Positions 1 to 8,280 of a stretch of 16,992 nt of DNA are shown one piece after another; the first letter of the stretch is position 1; every line of letters starts with the position of its first letter. This DNA comes from Candidatus Methylomirabilis sp. (GTDB taxonomy: Bacteria; Methylomirabilota; Methylomirabilia; Methylomirabilales; Methylomirabilaceae), in assembly GCA_041498975.1 (NCBI GenBank), contig JBGQJI010000042.1, positions 1 through 16,992 of the forward strand, read 5' to 3'. The translations under genes and the position numbers were made by a program. Below the pieces are notes generated by a model. It did not search any database and was not told where the DNA came from. It was given only the letters and a program-made list of their open reading frames with translations.

Positions 1-2135
1 CTGGGCGACATCGGCGACGGCAGTCTAAGGATTAACGAGACCAGCCGACCGATCGCCTCTGAGACGGCGGACGTGTCGCTGCCGACCTTTCCCACATTCG
101 CGAAGACCTCGAATGGCTCACCCTCGCCGCTCTGGTTCACGGTGATGTATGCGACTCCCAGCGGCGTCTCAGCACGGTAGGTCACGCCCTTCACCGTTCG
201 GGGCCGAGGCTTGACCTTCAATCTCTCCTCCTGCCGCGCCCCCGTAGCAGCCAGGGGGGCTTGTCCGACGGACTCTGCACTCCTCGGGAGTTGCGCGCCG
301 TCCTTCTGCTCTGTCTTGCCGCCCGTGCCGAGGTGGAGGACCTGTGTATCCTTGCAGCCGTCGCGAAAGACAGTGATCCCCAGGCAACCAAGCTCATGCG
401 CCATCAGATACGCCTTCGCGATCTCCTCTGGCGTCGCTGAATTGGGCAGGTTGATCGTCTTCGAGACGCCGTTGTCGGTCTGCTTCTGAAACGCCGCCTG
501 CATCTTGACGTGCCACGCGGGGTCGATCTCGTGGGCCGTGACGAACACCCGCTGGACATCCTCCGGCACGCCTTCGAGCCCGCGCACCGTCCCCCTCTGA
601 GCCACGCGCTGCATCAACTCCTCGGTGTGGAACCCCCGCCGCTTGGCGACCTCCTCGAAGATTGGGTTGATGAAGGTCAGGTGGCGGTCGCCAACGATGT
701 GGCTGAACGCGACGGCGAAGATCGGCTCGATCCCGGAGGAGCAGCCGGCGATAATGCTGATCGTCCCGGTCGGCGCGATAGTGGTCACGGTCGAGTTGCG
801 GAGCGGTGTCTTGTCCTTGTAGATGCTCCGAGGCCAGCGCGGAAACGGCCCCCGCTCCACTGCCAGCTTCTCCGAAGCATCGTGGCCGATCCGCTGGATG
901 AAGCCCATGGTCTCCTCGCCAAGCTTGAGGGCATCGTCGCTGTCGTATGGAATGCCCAGCTCGAGGAGCAGGTCGGCCCAACCCATGACGCCGAGACCGA
1001 TCCGTCGGTTGTTCCGAACCTCGTCGATGATGTCTTGAAGTGGGTAGGGATTCACTTCGATGACGTCGTCCAGGAAGCGGACCGATGTCCGGACCGCCTG
1101 CTCCAGCCCGACCCAATCGATCCGCTCCGCCGCCTTGGCGTCTGTTGGGATCGATGGGAGATAGAATGTCGCCAGATTGATCGAGCCGAGGTTGCAGGCG
1201 TCGTTGGGACCAAGCGGCTGCTCGCCGCATGGGTTAGTGGCCTCGATCACCTCGTCCTGCGGGACCGGATTGGCCGGGCTCGCATTGATCCGGTCGATGA
1301 AGACCATCCCCGGATCTCCCGTCCGCCAGGCCGCATGGACGATCCTCTCGAAGACCTCTCGAGCGCGGAGGCGGCCGGTCGCCTGCTTGGTATGCGGATC
1401 GAACAGCTCGTAGGTCTCATCCTTCGCCAATGCGTCCATGAATTTTTCTGTCGCAGCGACCGAGATGTTGAAGTTGGTGATCCCTCCGTCCAGTTTGCAG
1501 TCGATGAACTCTAGAATGTCGGGGTGATCGACCTTGAGGATCCCCATGTTGGCGCCCCGACGGGTCCCGCCTTGTTTCACCGCCTCGGTGGCACCGTTGA
1601 AGACTCGAAGGAAGCTGATGGGGCCGCTCGCCTTACCGCTCGTCGATTTCACCAGCGTGTCCTTCGGCCGCAGCCGAGAAAACGCAAAACCCGTGCCGCC
1701 CCCACTTTTGTGAATAATTGCCGCGCGTTTCACCGCCTCGAAGATCCCCTCCATCGAGTCCTCGATCGGCAGGACAAAGCAGGCCGAGTACTGGAGGCCG
1801 TTGTCTTTGCCGGCGTTCATCATCGTGGGCGAATTGGGGATGAACTTTCCCTCGACCATCACATCATAGAACGACTCGGCGATCGTGCGGGCCTCAGCCG
1901 AACTCTTCCCCCATCGCTCCTCGGCCTTGGCGATGGCGGCCGCCACGCGCCAACACATCTCTTCCGGCGTCTCCTTCACGCCGGTGGCGTCCCGTCTCAG
2001 GTACCGCTCCCTGAGGACGCGGAGGGCCGACTCACTCCACAGGCCGGTCTTGGCCGGTCGCTCACCAAGCGCTTGCGCAACGCCCACGGTCTCTTCGATC
2101 CCTCGAGAAGCCGAAGAACTCGATACGCCCGCCAT
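1..2135 (-). CDS. nrdJ: Class II adenosylcobalamin-dependent ribonucleotide reductase (3' end truncated by window edge)
   Basis: Hand translation of the minus strand from ATG 2135 (GGGGAGG RBS upstream; alternative in-frame ATG at 2180) is open to the window edge. It contains [63 protein letters not shown] (thiyl-radical Cys), [38 protein letters not shown] and GITVFRDG. These are followed by a [11 protein letters not shown]...[11 protein letters not shown]...PFEVF C-terminal domain typical of NrdJ. Confidence 0.95.
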   Translation of the reverse strand, partial: MAGVSSSSASRGIEETVGVAQALGERPAKTGLWSESALRVLRERYLRRDATGVKETPEEMCWRVAAAIAKAEERWGKSSAEARTIAESFYDVMVEGKFIPNSPTMMNAGKDNGLQYSACFVLPIEDSMEGIFEAVKRAAIIHKSGGGTGFAFSRLRPKDTLVKSTSGKASGPISFLRVFNGATEAVKQGGTRRGANMGILKVDHPDILEFIDCKLDGGITNFNISVAATEKFMDALAKDETYELFDPHTKQATGRLRAREVFERIVHAAWRTGDPGMVFIDRINASPANPVPQDEVIEATNPCGEQPLGPNDACNLGSINLATFYLPSIPTDAKAAERIDWVGLEQAVRTSVRFLDDVIEVNPYPLQDIIDEVRNNRRIGLGVMGWADLLLELGIPYDSDDALKLGEETMGFIQRIGHDASEKLAVERGPFPRWPRSIYKDKTPLRNSTVTTIAPTGTISIIAGCSSGIEPIFAVAFSHIVGDRHLTFINPIFEEVAKRRGFHTEELMQRVAQRGTVRGLEGVPEDVQRVFVTAHEIDPAWHVKMQAAFQKQTDNGVSKTINLPNSATPEEIAKAYLMAHELGCLGITVFRDGCKDTQVLHLGTGGKTEQKDGAQLPRSAESVGQAPLAATGARQEERLKVKPRPRTVKGVTYRAETPLGVAYITVNQSGEGEPFEVFANVGKVGSDTSAVSEAIGRLVSLILRLPSPMSP

Positions 2136-2261
2136 CGTGTCCTCCCCTATTTCCGGCGACTCCGCCGGTGCCATTTCCATTGTACCTTTTGAAAAAAGTC
2201 ACGAATAGTCAAACCACTATATCCCTTCCACTACTGTTCTGTACCAAGGCATGATGAAGGC

Positions 2262-2324
2262 ACCTAACACGACTCAGCATCAGCCGCGGCGCGAAGTGGC
2301 GTCAGCTGCATGCCGTTGATAGGC
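2262..2324 (-). mobile_element. Integron attC-like site (59-base element) 1, degenerate
   Basis: Minus strand, 3 nt after the TAG of the DUF6414-like gene: GCCTATC (R'', one mismatch to RYYYAAC)-AACGG-CATGCAGC (L'' with extrahelical G)-...-GCTGATG (L', complement of CAT[G]CAGC)-CTGAGTCGT-GTTAGGT (R', GTTRRRY). The L'-R' spacer is longer than canonical. Confidence 0.75.
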
Positions 2325-2327
2325 AGA

Positions 2328-3233
2328 CTATACGAAGACCATGAGTGGAAGCACCTGTACAACCGGTCCGGGAACCTGGACCTCGCTGAATTCAGCGCGC
2401 GCCTCTTCATTCGCAGATATCTGCGCGAAAACTGTTTCAAGCTTTTCTGGCTTGAGAAGCGCCATCCCGTAATTCTCGAACGCACTCATCGTCGCTCCCT
2501 TAGGGATCACGCGTGTGACCTTTCCAAGTACGCGGACGCTGTTCTTGTGAAGCTCGCTCATGGTCAGATCGCGAAGATTCGCCGTACGAAGCGTTACCAC
2601 TGCCGTGCACCCCGTCGGCTCAGAGCAACGAAGAAGTACGTTAGATATTGGCGTTCGATTCCGGTCTTTGTCCAGGGTATCGCGAATCGTCCTCAGGGGG
2701 GACGTGGGTCCAGAGCCAGCAACCCCCTTGTGCTTCCCGCCGGCTGGACGTTGCGGTTGTGTTTGGAGCGCGAGGCTACTCAAGATATCGACTGCATCGA
2801 TGTAATCAATGACGGTATCGACGGCGTTTTTCTCAATCGTCCCAGCCAATTCGATGAGCGCCCCAGGTGCCAGATTCTGAAGATCGTCCAGCTGCCTCGG
2901 CTGAACGATATAGCCACCGTCGCGCGTGAGGCGGTCGTAGAGCAAGATGGCGACAGACGCTTCGGTATGGCCGCGGGACTCTGTTTCTCGGGAATGCTCA
3001 CGGTTCGCGCGCTCTTGGGATACGTCGGCTTAAACCGACGCATCGAAGAACCGACCGAAGAGCGCGCTTAGCCCGAACTTGGCAGACCCACCCGCCTCCG
3101 TTGTCAAGGCGGATGTTCGCTCACGGGTTACTTCTGCGCCAAACGAGACCCCGCCCTCAACTGCTGCCGCGAAAGAGACCAGCATCGGAACGTCGAGATA
3201 GATGGGATGAATCAGTCTGATCTGATTGCTCAT
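2328..3233 (-). pseudogene. DUF6414-like hypothetical protein (~301 codons) interrupted by a single in-frame TAA at 3030-3032
   Basis: Track ORFs 3030..3341 and 2328..2945 share a frame. Reading through gives MSNQIRLIHPIYLDVPMLVSF...FFDASV*ADVSQERANREHSRETESRGHTEASVAILLYDRL...VLPLMVFV. The PIYLD start, HTEAS motif and C-terminal PLMVF resemble DUF6414 (family assignment from memory). Confidence 0.7.
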
Positions 3234-3246
3234 GGTTCTCAGTTTT

Positions 3247-3328
3247 GCCCCACACTGGGCGTCACCCGCTGCCGGAAGCGGGGGCGCAGCGGATGCTGGA
3301 GCGCGTCGGCTGCAGCGCCGAGCCTGCT
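3247..3328 (-). mobile_element. Integron attC-like site 2, strongly eroded
   Basis: Lies between the AIPR stop and the next ATG. Minus strand: AGCAGGC-TCGGC-GCTGCAGC-CGACGCGCTCCAGCATCCGCTGCGCCCCCGCTTCCGGCAGCG-GGTGACG-CCCAGT-GTGGGGC. Box spacing and the GCTGCAGCCGAC core fit attC layout, but both R boxes are mutated (GTG instead of GTT). Confidence 0.55.
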
Positions 3329-3337
3329 CTCTTCCAC

Positions 3338-5074
3338 TCATAACCTCGGAAGCGAATCTTCTACGACCTTTTTCGCTAGGCTATACACTTTCCACTTGGA
3401 TTGAATCCTCTCCCGGATTTTCATCCACCACTCCTGACTGCGCACAAGTGTTGTAACCTCATTTCCTGCATCAACCAGTTCCTGCATAGCTTCGACATAC
3501 CACTCGAGCGCAATCGTTGCGTAGTTCCTTAGCCGTGTTTCAGTTGTTTTACTAATAGCAACGTCTGCTTTGAGCTTGTTCAGAAAAGTCTTTCCATTCC
3601 GTTCGTGGAGAATGATAGCCATAGCGGCGAGAACGAAAAATTTCGCACCCCGTTTGAGGATTGCGACACGACCAAGCTGCTGATCTTGAACCGCTTGCTC
3701 CAACTCTCTCTTGACCACCGTGGCGGCGACGGAGGCAGCCTGCCACACCAGCACGAGCTCTTCAGCACGAATCTGGTCAGGAAAGACATCGTCGTAGTGT
3801 GATGAAAATACTCGCCCTTTGTCCTTATAGGCGATTGCAGGCAGACCGCGAAAGGCTGCCAGGCACTGCGCTGCAAGATCGTAAGGAATCGCCCGCAATC
3901 CACCCGCACCAACGCGCTTGAATTTCTTGCGTTCGGGCGGTGGAAGTTGTCGCGTTTCGCCTTTTCTGAGGACGTAGAGGAATGGCGTTGGCAATTGTGC
4001 CAGCTCGCGTTTGAGCTTTTTCTGTAGCTTGTCCTGAGCAGTCAAATCCCACAAGCGAATTGGATTCTGCGAGTTGGTATAGCGAATAATAGGATCGATT
4101 GCTCGTTCAGGGGCGGCAATGAACCTCGCCAGCACGCGAACCTGCCTAACAGATGTCGGAGGCGAGTTTGCGATGGTGACGGTGGTCTGGCAGCCGTTAA
4201 CGATACTGAAGTTATTTAGAGTAAGAGTCTTACCTGCAATGTTGTAGGAGTCGCACACAAAGGTAACACCGTTGTTGTATGCCCAAAAGTTGGGCCTATC
4301 ATTCTCCGAATCAATCGTGCCACGAATACCAGCATTGACCCCTCCTTTGCGTGCGCCGAGGAACAATCGAACGTTTCGATCAAAGAGACGGTCGCCATGG
4401 TTGGAGTAAAGTTCTCGGAGTTGAGTTCCAGTGAGAGTAGTAACAAACGCTTTACCGAATCCACCCTTCTCCTCGAATGACATGGTGGGAATCACCTTGA
4501 GAGCGGCGTTTCCAATTCTGGTGGTTTGATTAATACGTTCGTTGTGTTCTGCAATTAGACTTTCCAGATGAACCACTCGGCACGATCTGGACGGAACGTT
4601 CCCTGCCTCGGAAACGTTGAATTGCCGGGCTGCATCATCAACGTCTTTGTACGGTGGTCCGCAGTATGCGTAAATGTACTCGACCGAGAAGCCATGACCG
4701 GTAGCATCCTTATAATCCTGAGCAGCAGCTGCAAGGTCCGCGCGACCCTCGCGTTCAAGTGATTCCGGATCCTTTAGCCAATCAGAGGTGTGAATGAGGC
4801 CGAGCAGCTCGCCCTTCCGTCCCTTGTATTGCCCCTTCGCATTGAACTTCAGTTGTGCGATCAAGACTCGTTCAGCTTCTTGATCAACATGGAAAAAGTC
4901 TATGTCCTTGTCGTTACCACCGTCGAACGAGACAGCCTCATATGCCTCGTCTTCTTGCAACTCAAGGCTATCGACCGCGTACCAGAGACCGAAGGCTTTT
5001 CCCTCCGTGAGGGAATATTCGGTCCTATACTTCTTGACCTGATCGCCAAGGTACACTAGAAAAACATCTTTCAT
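3338..5074 (-). CDS. AIPR family (abortive infection phage resistance) protein
   Basis: AIPR motifs LFDRNVRLFLG, FWAYNNGVT, IVNGCQTT and TNSQNPI. The N-terminal DGGNDKDIDFF...IAQLKF is a PD-(D/E)xK-like motif. ATG 5074 has AGAGG 9 nt upstream. Visibly more AT-rich than the flanks. Confidence 0.9.
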   Translation of the reverse strand: MKDVFLVYLGDQVKKYRTEYSLTEGKAFGLWYAVDSLELQEDEAYEAVSFDGGNDKDIDFFHVDQEAERVLIAQLKFNAKGQYKGRKGELLGLIHTSDWLKDPESLEREGRADLAAAAQDYKDATGHGFSVEYIYAYCGPPYKDVDDAARQFNVSEAGNVPSRSCRVVHLESLIAEHNERINQTTRIGNAALKVIPTMSFEEKGGFGKAFVTTLTGTQLRELYSNHGDRLFDRNVRLFLGARKGGVNAGIRGTIDSENDRPNFWAYNNGVTFVCDSYNIAGKTLTLNNFSIVNGCQTTVTIANSPPTSVRQVRVLARFIAAPERAIDPIIRYTNSQNPIRLWDLTAQDKLQKKLKRELAQLPTPFLYVLRKGETRQLPPPERKKFKRVGAGGLRAIPYDLAAQCLAAFRGLPAIAYKDKGRVFSSHYDDVFPDQIRAEELVLVWQAASVAATVVKRELEQAVQDQQLGRVAILKRGAKFFVLAAMAIILHERNGKTFLNKLKADVAISKTTETRLRNYATIALEWYVEAMQELVDAGNEVTTLVRSQEWWMKIRERIQSKWKVYSLAKKVVEDSLPRL

Positions 5075-5289
5075 TATCAACGTCCTCTACAGCAGTGTCG
5101 CGTCGGGCTAAGCACTGAGTATGCGGGTCAGCATGTCCTGGTCCTTGCACTTCTGACGACTGCGGCGATACCCTCGGGTGTTCGAGGACCTGTCAACGTG
5201 CCCAGGACCCTGCCGTTGCCCACAAGCATTGGCCAGCATAACCCAACCAAGGTTTGAACCGACGTGACGCGCCTGTCGAGCTCGGAAGA

Positions 5290-5337
5290 ATACCATATTT
5301 TGTGCGTGGGATTGTCTAATACAACAATATCTAGTGT
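5290..5337. promoter_or_regulatory. Tandem NrdR boxes
   Basis: ATACCATATTTTGTGC (5290-5305, 12/16) and CAACAATATCTAGTGT (5322-5337, 13/16) against the consensus acaCwAtATaTwGtgt. Their starts are 32 bp apart, the characteristic NrdR tandem spacing, and nrdJ lies downstream on the minus strand. Confidence 0.8.
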
Positions 5338-5345
5338 GTTGTCAA
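5316..5345 (-). promoter_or_regulatory. Putative sigma70 promoter overlapping the NrdR boxes, directed at AIPR/nrdJ
   Basis: Minus strand TTGACA (5345-5340), 18 nt, then TATTAG (5321-5316). The -35 is perfect and the -10 is weak. Confidence 0.5.
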
Positions 5346-5380
5346 GGGAAAAATAGCGGCCCAGAATAGAGATAGGAATC

Positions 5381-5457
5381 GTCATTGCGAGCGAAACGAA
5401 GTAATCTGGCCTTTTGGCTCTTAGATTGCCAGGCACCCTTTGGGTGCTCGCAATGAC
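5381..5457. repeat. Palindromic REP/RPE-like intergenic element
   Basis: Perfect 12-bp terminal inverted repeat GTCATTGCGAGC...GCTCGCAATGAC, with inner stems (AATCT/AGATT; GCACCC-TTT-GGGTGC). Confidence 0.8.
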
Positions 5458-5605
5458 AGATAATTCGGGGCGTTGGCAACCTATCTCTGTTCTCGAGTAG
5501 AGTATTCAGCGGAATCAAAGCAGGGCGATCATTCACAGACCGATTGCACAGACACAGAACCGGCGATGACCGAGCCGAGTTGGGGAATATCGAGGCGGTT
5601 TTTGC

Positions 5606-5634
5606 TTGCCCCATGGATGCGGGATGTGTAGTAT
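5606..5634 (+). promoter_or_regulatory. Putative sigma70 promoter for the ferredoxin fusion gene
   Basis: TTGCCC-N17-TAGTAT, about 30 nt upstream of ATG 5664. Confidence 0.45.
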
Positions 5635-5663
5635 GGTCAACGAAATTTCCATGGGAGGAAGAG

Positions 5664-6956
5664 ATGGCCTACGTCGTTGCCGAGCCTTGTATCGGGACCA
5701 AAGATCGCGCCTGCGTGGAGGTCTGCCCGGTCTCATGCTTCTACGAAAACGAAGACCAGCTCTTCATCCATCCGCACGAATGCATCGACTGCGATGCCTG
5801 CGTGCCGGTCTGTCCGGTCAGTGCGATCTTTCCGGAGGCCCAGGTTCCCGCGGAATGGAAGTTCTTCACGCAAAAAGCCATCGACTATTTTGCCGAGAAT
5901 GCAGGCGTCAAGGCCGCGAAGAGCAAGAGCGAGGTCGGATCCGGTGGTGTTGCCGAGGGCTCAACCCACTGGAGCTGGAAGGGCCAGCCCGACGTGGCGG
6001 CCAAGCCGCCACCCGCAGCGGCTACACCTGCTGATAAGCTTCAGGCGCCCCCCGAGCCTGCAACCGCCACAGCTCACGCAACCTCTTCGGCCGTGGTTGA
6101 ATCGCCCTCGGCCCCGGCCCCGCCCCAGCCTACAGCGGTGCCGGCCACGGCCCATGCTGCTACGGCGACTGTGGCCGAGGTAGCTGCGGCCGCCCCCAAG
6201 CCTGCAGCTCCGCCTGTCACAACGCAGGCGACCGCCGCCACTGTCGCCGAGGCGGCAGCAGCCCCGGCTCCGCCCAAGCCAGCTCCCGCGGCCCCCGCTG
6301 CGACCGCGCCAGCCGCAAAACCTGCTGCCAAGCCGGCCCCACCGCCCCCCAAGCCGATGGATCCGGATGAATACCGGCGGCTTCACGCCCTGCTCTATCA
6401 GCTCATGGAGATGCTGGGGGGCTCTCGACCATTCGATGTCGCGGCATTCTCTGAGGCGGAAGAGGCAGGAAGGCGCCTGAAAAAGGAGGTGGCGGTCGAG
6501 TTCGGAAAGGACGTGTACGTGGTGTCTGAACTGGAGAAAAAGGGGATGACCCTTCGCCAGAAGCACGATCTGGCGCAAGGCCTGCTTCAAGCGGTAGGTC
6601 GGGCCCAGTTCATCCCCCAGTATCGGGGTAAGCGCCAAAGGTTCATGCAGCTCGCCGCCGGCGGTGCGGTGACCGGCCTGATCTCGGCTCTCTGTGGTGT
6701 TCTCTCCCTCCAAACCGTTCGCATCGATTCGCTCCTGACGAGTCCGAAGCCTGGCTTGTCCGAAATGGTCCAAGCGTTCCTGAATCCGGAGAGCCTGATC
6801 CCATTCCTCTCGTTTCAGATGATAGCCGGCCTCTTCGGCCTCTTCACCATCTTTGCGATCTCTCGGTGCTGGCGGGTGATCAAGGAGGTGCACGAACTCA
6901 AGCGGGCGATGCAGGCCAAGCAGTTGGATCCCAGGTTAATCGCCCGAATGGCGTGA
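5664..6956 (+). CDS. 7Fe (FdxA-type) ferredoxin fused to an Ala/Pro-rich linker, a helical domain and two C-terminal TM segments (430 aa)
   Basis: GGGAGG RBS before ATG 5664. N-terminus [27 protein letters not shown]...[22 protein letters not shown] (C-x7-C-x3-CP and CxxCxxCxxxCP). The same frame continues through an A/P/T-rich tract to two hydrophobic segments. Confidence 0.85.
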   Translation: MAYVVAEPCIGTKDRACVEVCPVSCFYENEDQLFIHPHECIDCDACVPVCPVSAIFPEAQVPAEWKFFTQKAIDYFAENAGVKAAKSKSEVGSGGVAEGSTHWSWKGQPDVAAKPPPAAATPADKLQAPPEPATATAHATSSAVVESPSAPAPPQPTAVPATAHAATATVAEVAAAAPKPAAPPVTTQATAATVAEAAAAPAPPKPAPAAPAATAPAAKPAAKPAPPPPKPMDPDEYRRLHALLYQLMEMLGGSRPFDVAAFSEAEEAGRRLKKEVAVEFGKDVYVVSELEKKGMTLRQKHDLAQGLLQAVGRAQFIPQYRGKRQRFMQLAAGGAVTGLISALCGVLSLQTVRIDSLLTSPKPGLSEMVQAFLNPESLIPFLSFQMIAGLFGLFTIFAISRCWRVIKEVHELKRAMQAKQLDPRLIARMA

Positions 6957-6972
6957 GGGATGACTCCCGACG

Positions 6973-8040
6973 TCACCCTTCCCGTGCAGGATGGGAGGAC
7001 TCCGGCACGGCCCTGCGCCGCAGGAGCCAGATCAGCGTGACGATCATCCCCGAGAAGACCGCCAGGACGATGATCCAGAGGCTTCGCTGAAGGTAGAAAC
7101 CGAGCAGATAGATCAGGTAAACATCGTTCTTGCTCTCCCGCCAAGCCCGCTTGTACTCCTCCATTGCGGCATCGCCCCGCCCTTCCCCCTGAAGCGCCCG
7201 TGCCAACCCGAACCGAGCGAAGGTATAGGTCGGCTGCAGACGCAGTGCATGCTGAAACTCCTCGATTGCCGCCCGGTACTCCTTCCGTCGAAACCGCGCC
7301 CAGCCGATCTTCGCCAGCCCTGCAGGATCGTCGGGGCTGAGGGCCGAAGCCCGCGTCAGGATCTCAAGAGCCCGATCGGTCATCCCCTTGCGGTAGTAGG
7401 CCCACCCCATATCGAACAGGTAGGCCGGATTATCGGGGTCAACCGAGAGCGCGAACTGGTACTCTTCGATGGCCTTGTCAAAGTCACCCTGCTCCGCGTG
7501 GAGGCCGGCCATCCCGGCGTGCGCTCGCCCATAGCGGGGATCGAGGGCAAGGGCTCGACGGAATGCCTCACGAGGTTTATCGACCTGTTTCAACTCCGAC
7601 GAAAGCCATCCAAGGTTGGTCCACGCATCAACGTCCCGGGGCTCACGTTGCACCGCCCGTTCGAAGGCGTCCATCGCCTCGGACCAATGCCCCTGCCTGG
7701 CATAGAGGACGCCGAGCAGATTCGATGACACGAAGTCGGTGCTGTCCCGGTCCACCCGTTCCCTGAGGTCCGCAAGCAACTGATCAGCCGTTCCAACTCT
7801 ACTGTACGCCTCTTTGAGCCTCGCATAGACCTGGGCACGCGTGGGGTCGAGTCGAAGGCAGGTGCGGAAGGCTTCTATCGCCTCAGCCGTGTGTCCCTCG
7901 TGTTGCAGGCGCACACCAAGGCGGTACTGCCGATCGGGCTCATCGGGACGATCCGACAGTGAAAGTGCGCCCGAGGCACCTTTGGTGAGCAGCGAGATCG
8001 CCGCGAAGACCAGAATCGACCTCCACGCCCTCCGCCTCAC
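6973..8040 (-). CDS. Tetratricopeptide repeat protein with N-terminal signal/anchor and C-terminal TM helix (355 aa)
   Basis: Roughly eight TPR-like repeats (e.g. AWTNLGW...FRRALALDP, YLFDMGWAYYRKG). Start placed at GTG 8040, which overlaps the upstream stop (GTGA) and is followed by an RRRAWR-hydrophobic leader. Hydrophobic C-terminal segment followed by RRR. Confidence 0.85.
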   Translation of the reverse strand: MRRRAWRSILVFAAISLLTKGASGALSLSDRPDEPDRQYRLGVRLQHEGHTAEAIEAFRTCLRLDPTRAQVYARLKEAYSRVGTADQLLADLRERVDRDSTDFVSSNLLGVLYARQGHWSEAMDAFERAVQREPRDVDAWTNLGWLSSELKQVDKPREAFRRALALDPRYGRAHAGMAGLHAEQGDFDKAIEEYQFALSVDPDNPAYLFDMGWAYYRKGMTDRALEILTRASALSPDDPAGLAKIGWARFRRKEYRAAIEEFQHALRLQPTYTFARFGLARALQGEGRGDAAMEEYKRAWRESKNDVYLIYLLGFYLQRSLWIIVLAVFSGMIVTLIWLLRRRAVPESSHPAREG

Positions 8041-8210
8041 CCTTCTTTTCCCCTTCCTCCGAGGAGCTGCCCGAGGAAGAAGAGAACGCTTCCAATGCCG
8101 AGCAGATAGAGTTCCGTCCACATCCCGTGCTCGTCGGTAAACCCGATGTACAGACCGACCATCAGGTTGAGCATGCCGAAAAGCTGCAATCCCTTCCCCA
8201 GGTACCCCAC
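8037..8210 (-). CDS. Small two-TM membrane protein (57 aa)
   Basis: GGAGG 5 nt before GTG 8210. MGYLGKGLQLFGMLNLMVGLYIGF...ELYLLGIGSVLFFLGQLL. The stop overlaps the TPR gene start. Confidence 0.7.
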   Translation of the reverse strand: MGYLGKGLQLFGMLNLMVGLYIGFTDEHGMWTELYLLGIGSVLFFLGQLLGGRGKEG

Positions 8211-8231
8211 GTGGGCCTCCAGACAAAAGGC

Positions 8232-8259
8232 TTGCAATCTCGAGTGCGGGTGCTACAAT
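8232..8259 (+). promoter_or_regulatory. Putative sigma70 promoter with extended -10
   Basis: TTGCAA-N16-TACAAT with TG-n before the -10, 21 nt upstream of ATG 8281. Confidence 0.6.
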
Positions 8260-8280
8260 CTCGTCGCAAGGAGGAGCTCA

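Noticed and set aside
1201..1260. Possible intein or intron at the RNR active site
   Set aside because: [11 protein letters not shown]...ACNLGS is contiguous and there is no insertion in the visible gene.
169..2208. Long track ORFs 394..1230(-), 510..1514(+), 1524..2192(+) and others
   Set aside because: Shadow or alternative-frame ORFs of nrdJ caused by high-GC codon bias. The true frame contains all the RNR motifs.
2264..3071. ORFs 2310..3071(+) and 2264..2485(-)
   Set aside because: Antisense or alternative frames of the DUF6414-like gene. The tail NGMQLTPLRAAADAE is simply the attC sequence translated.
5100..5290. Cobalamin riboswitch or small ORFs (5108..5296, 5128..5436) upstream of AIPR; second TTGACA near 5191-5196
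   Set aside because: No B12-box motifs were recognised, the ORFs lack an RBS and plausible composition, and the extra TTGACA has no properly spaced -10.
5995..6360. Repetitive GC-rich tract as tandem repeat or CRISPR
   Set aside because: It is a low-complexity Ala/Pro coding linker with no fixed-length repeat-spacer structure.
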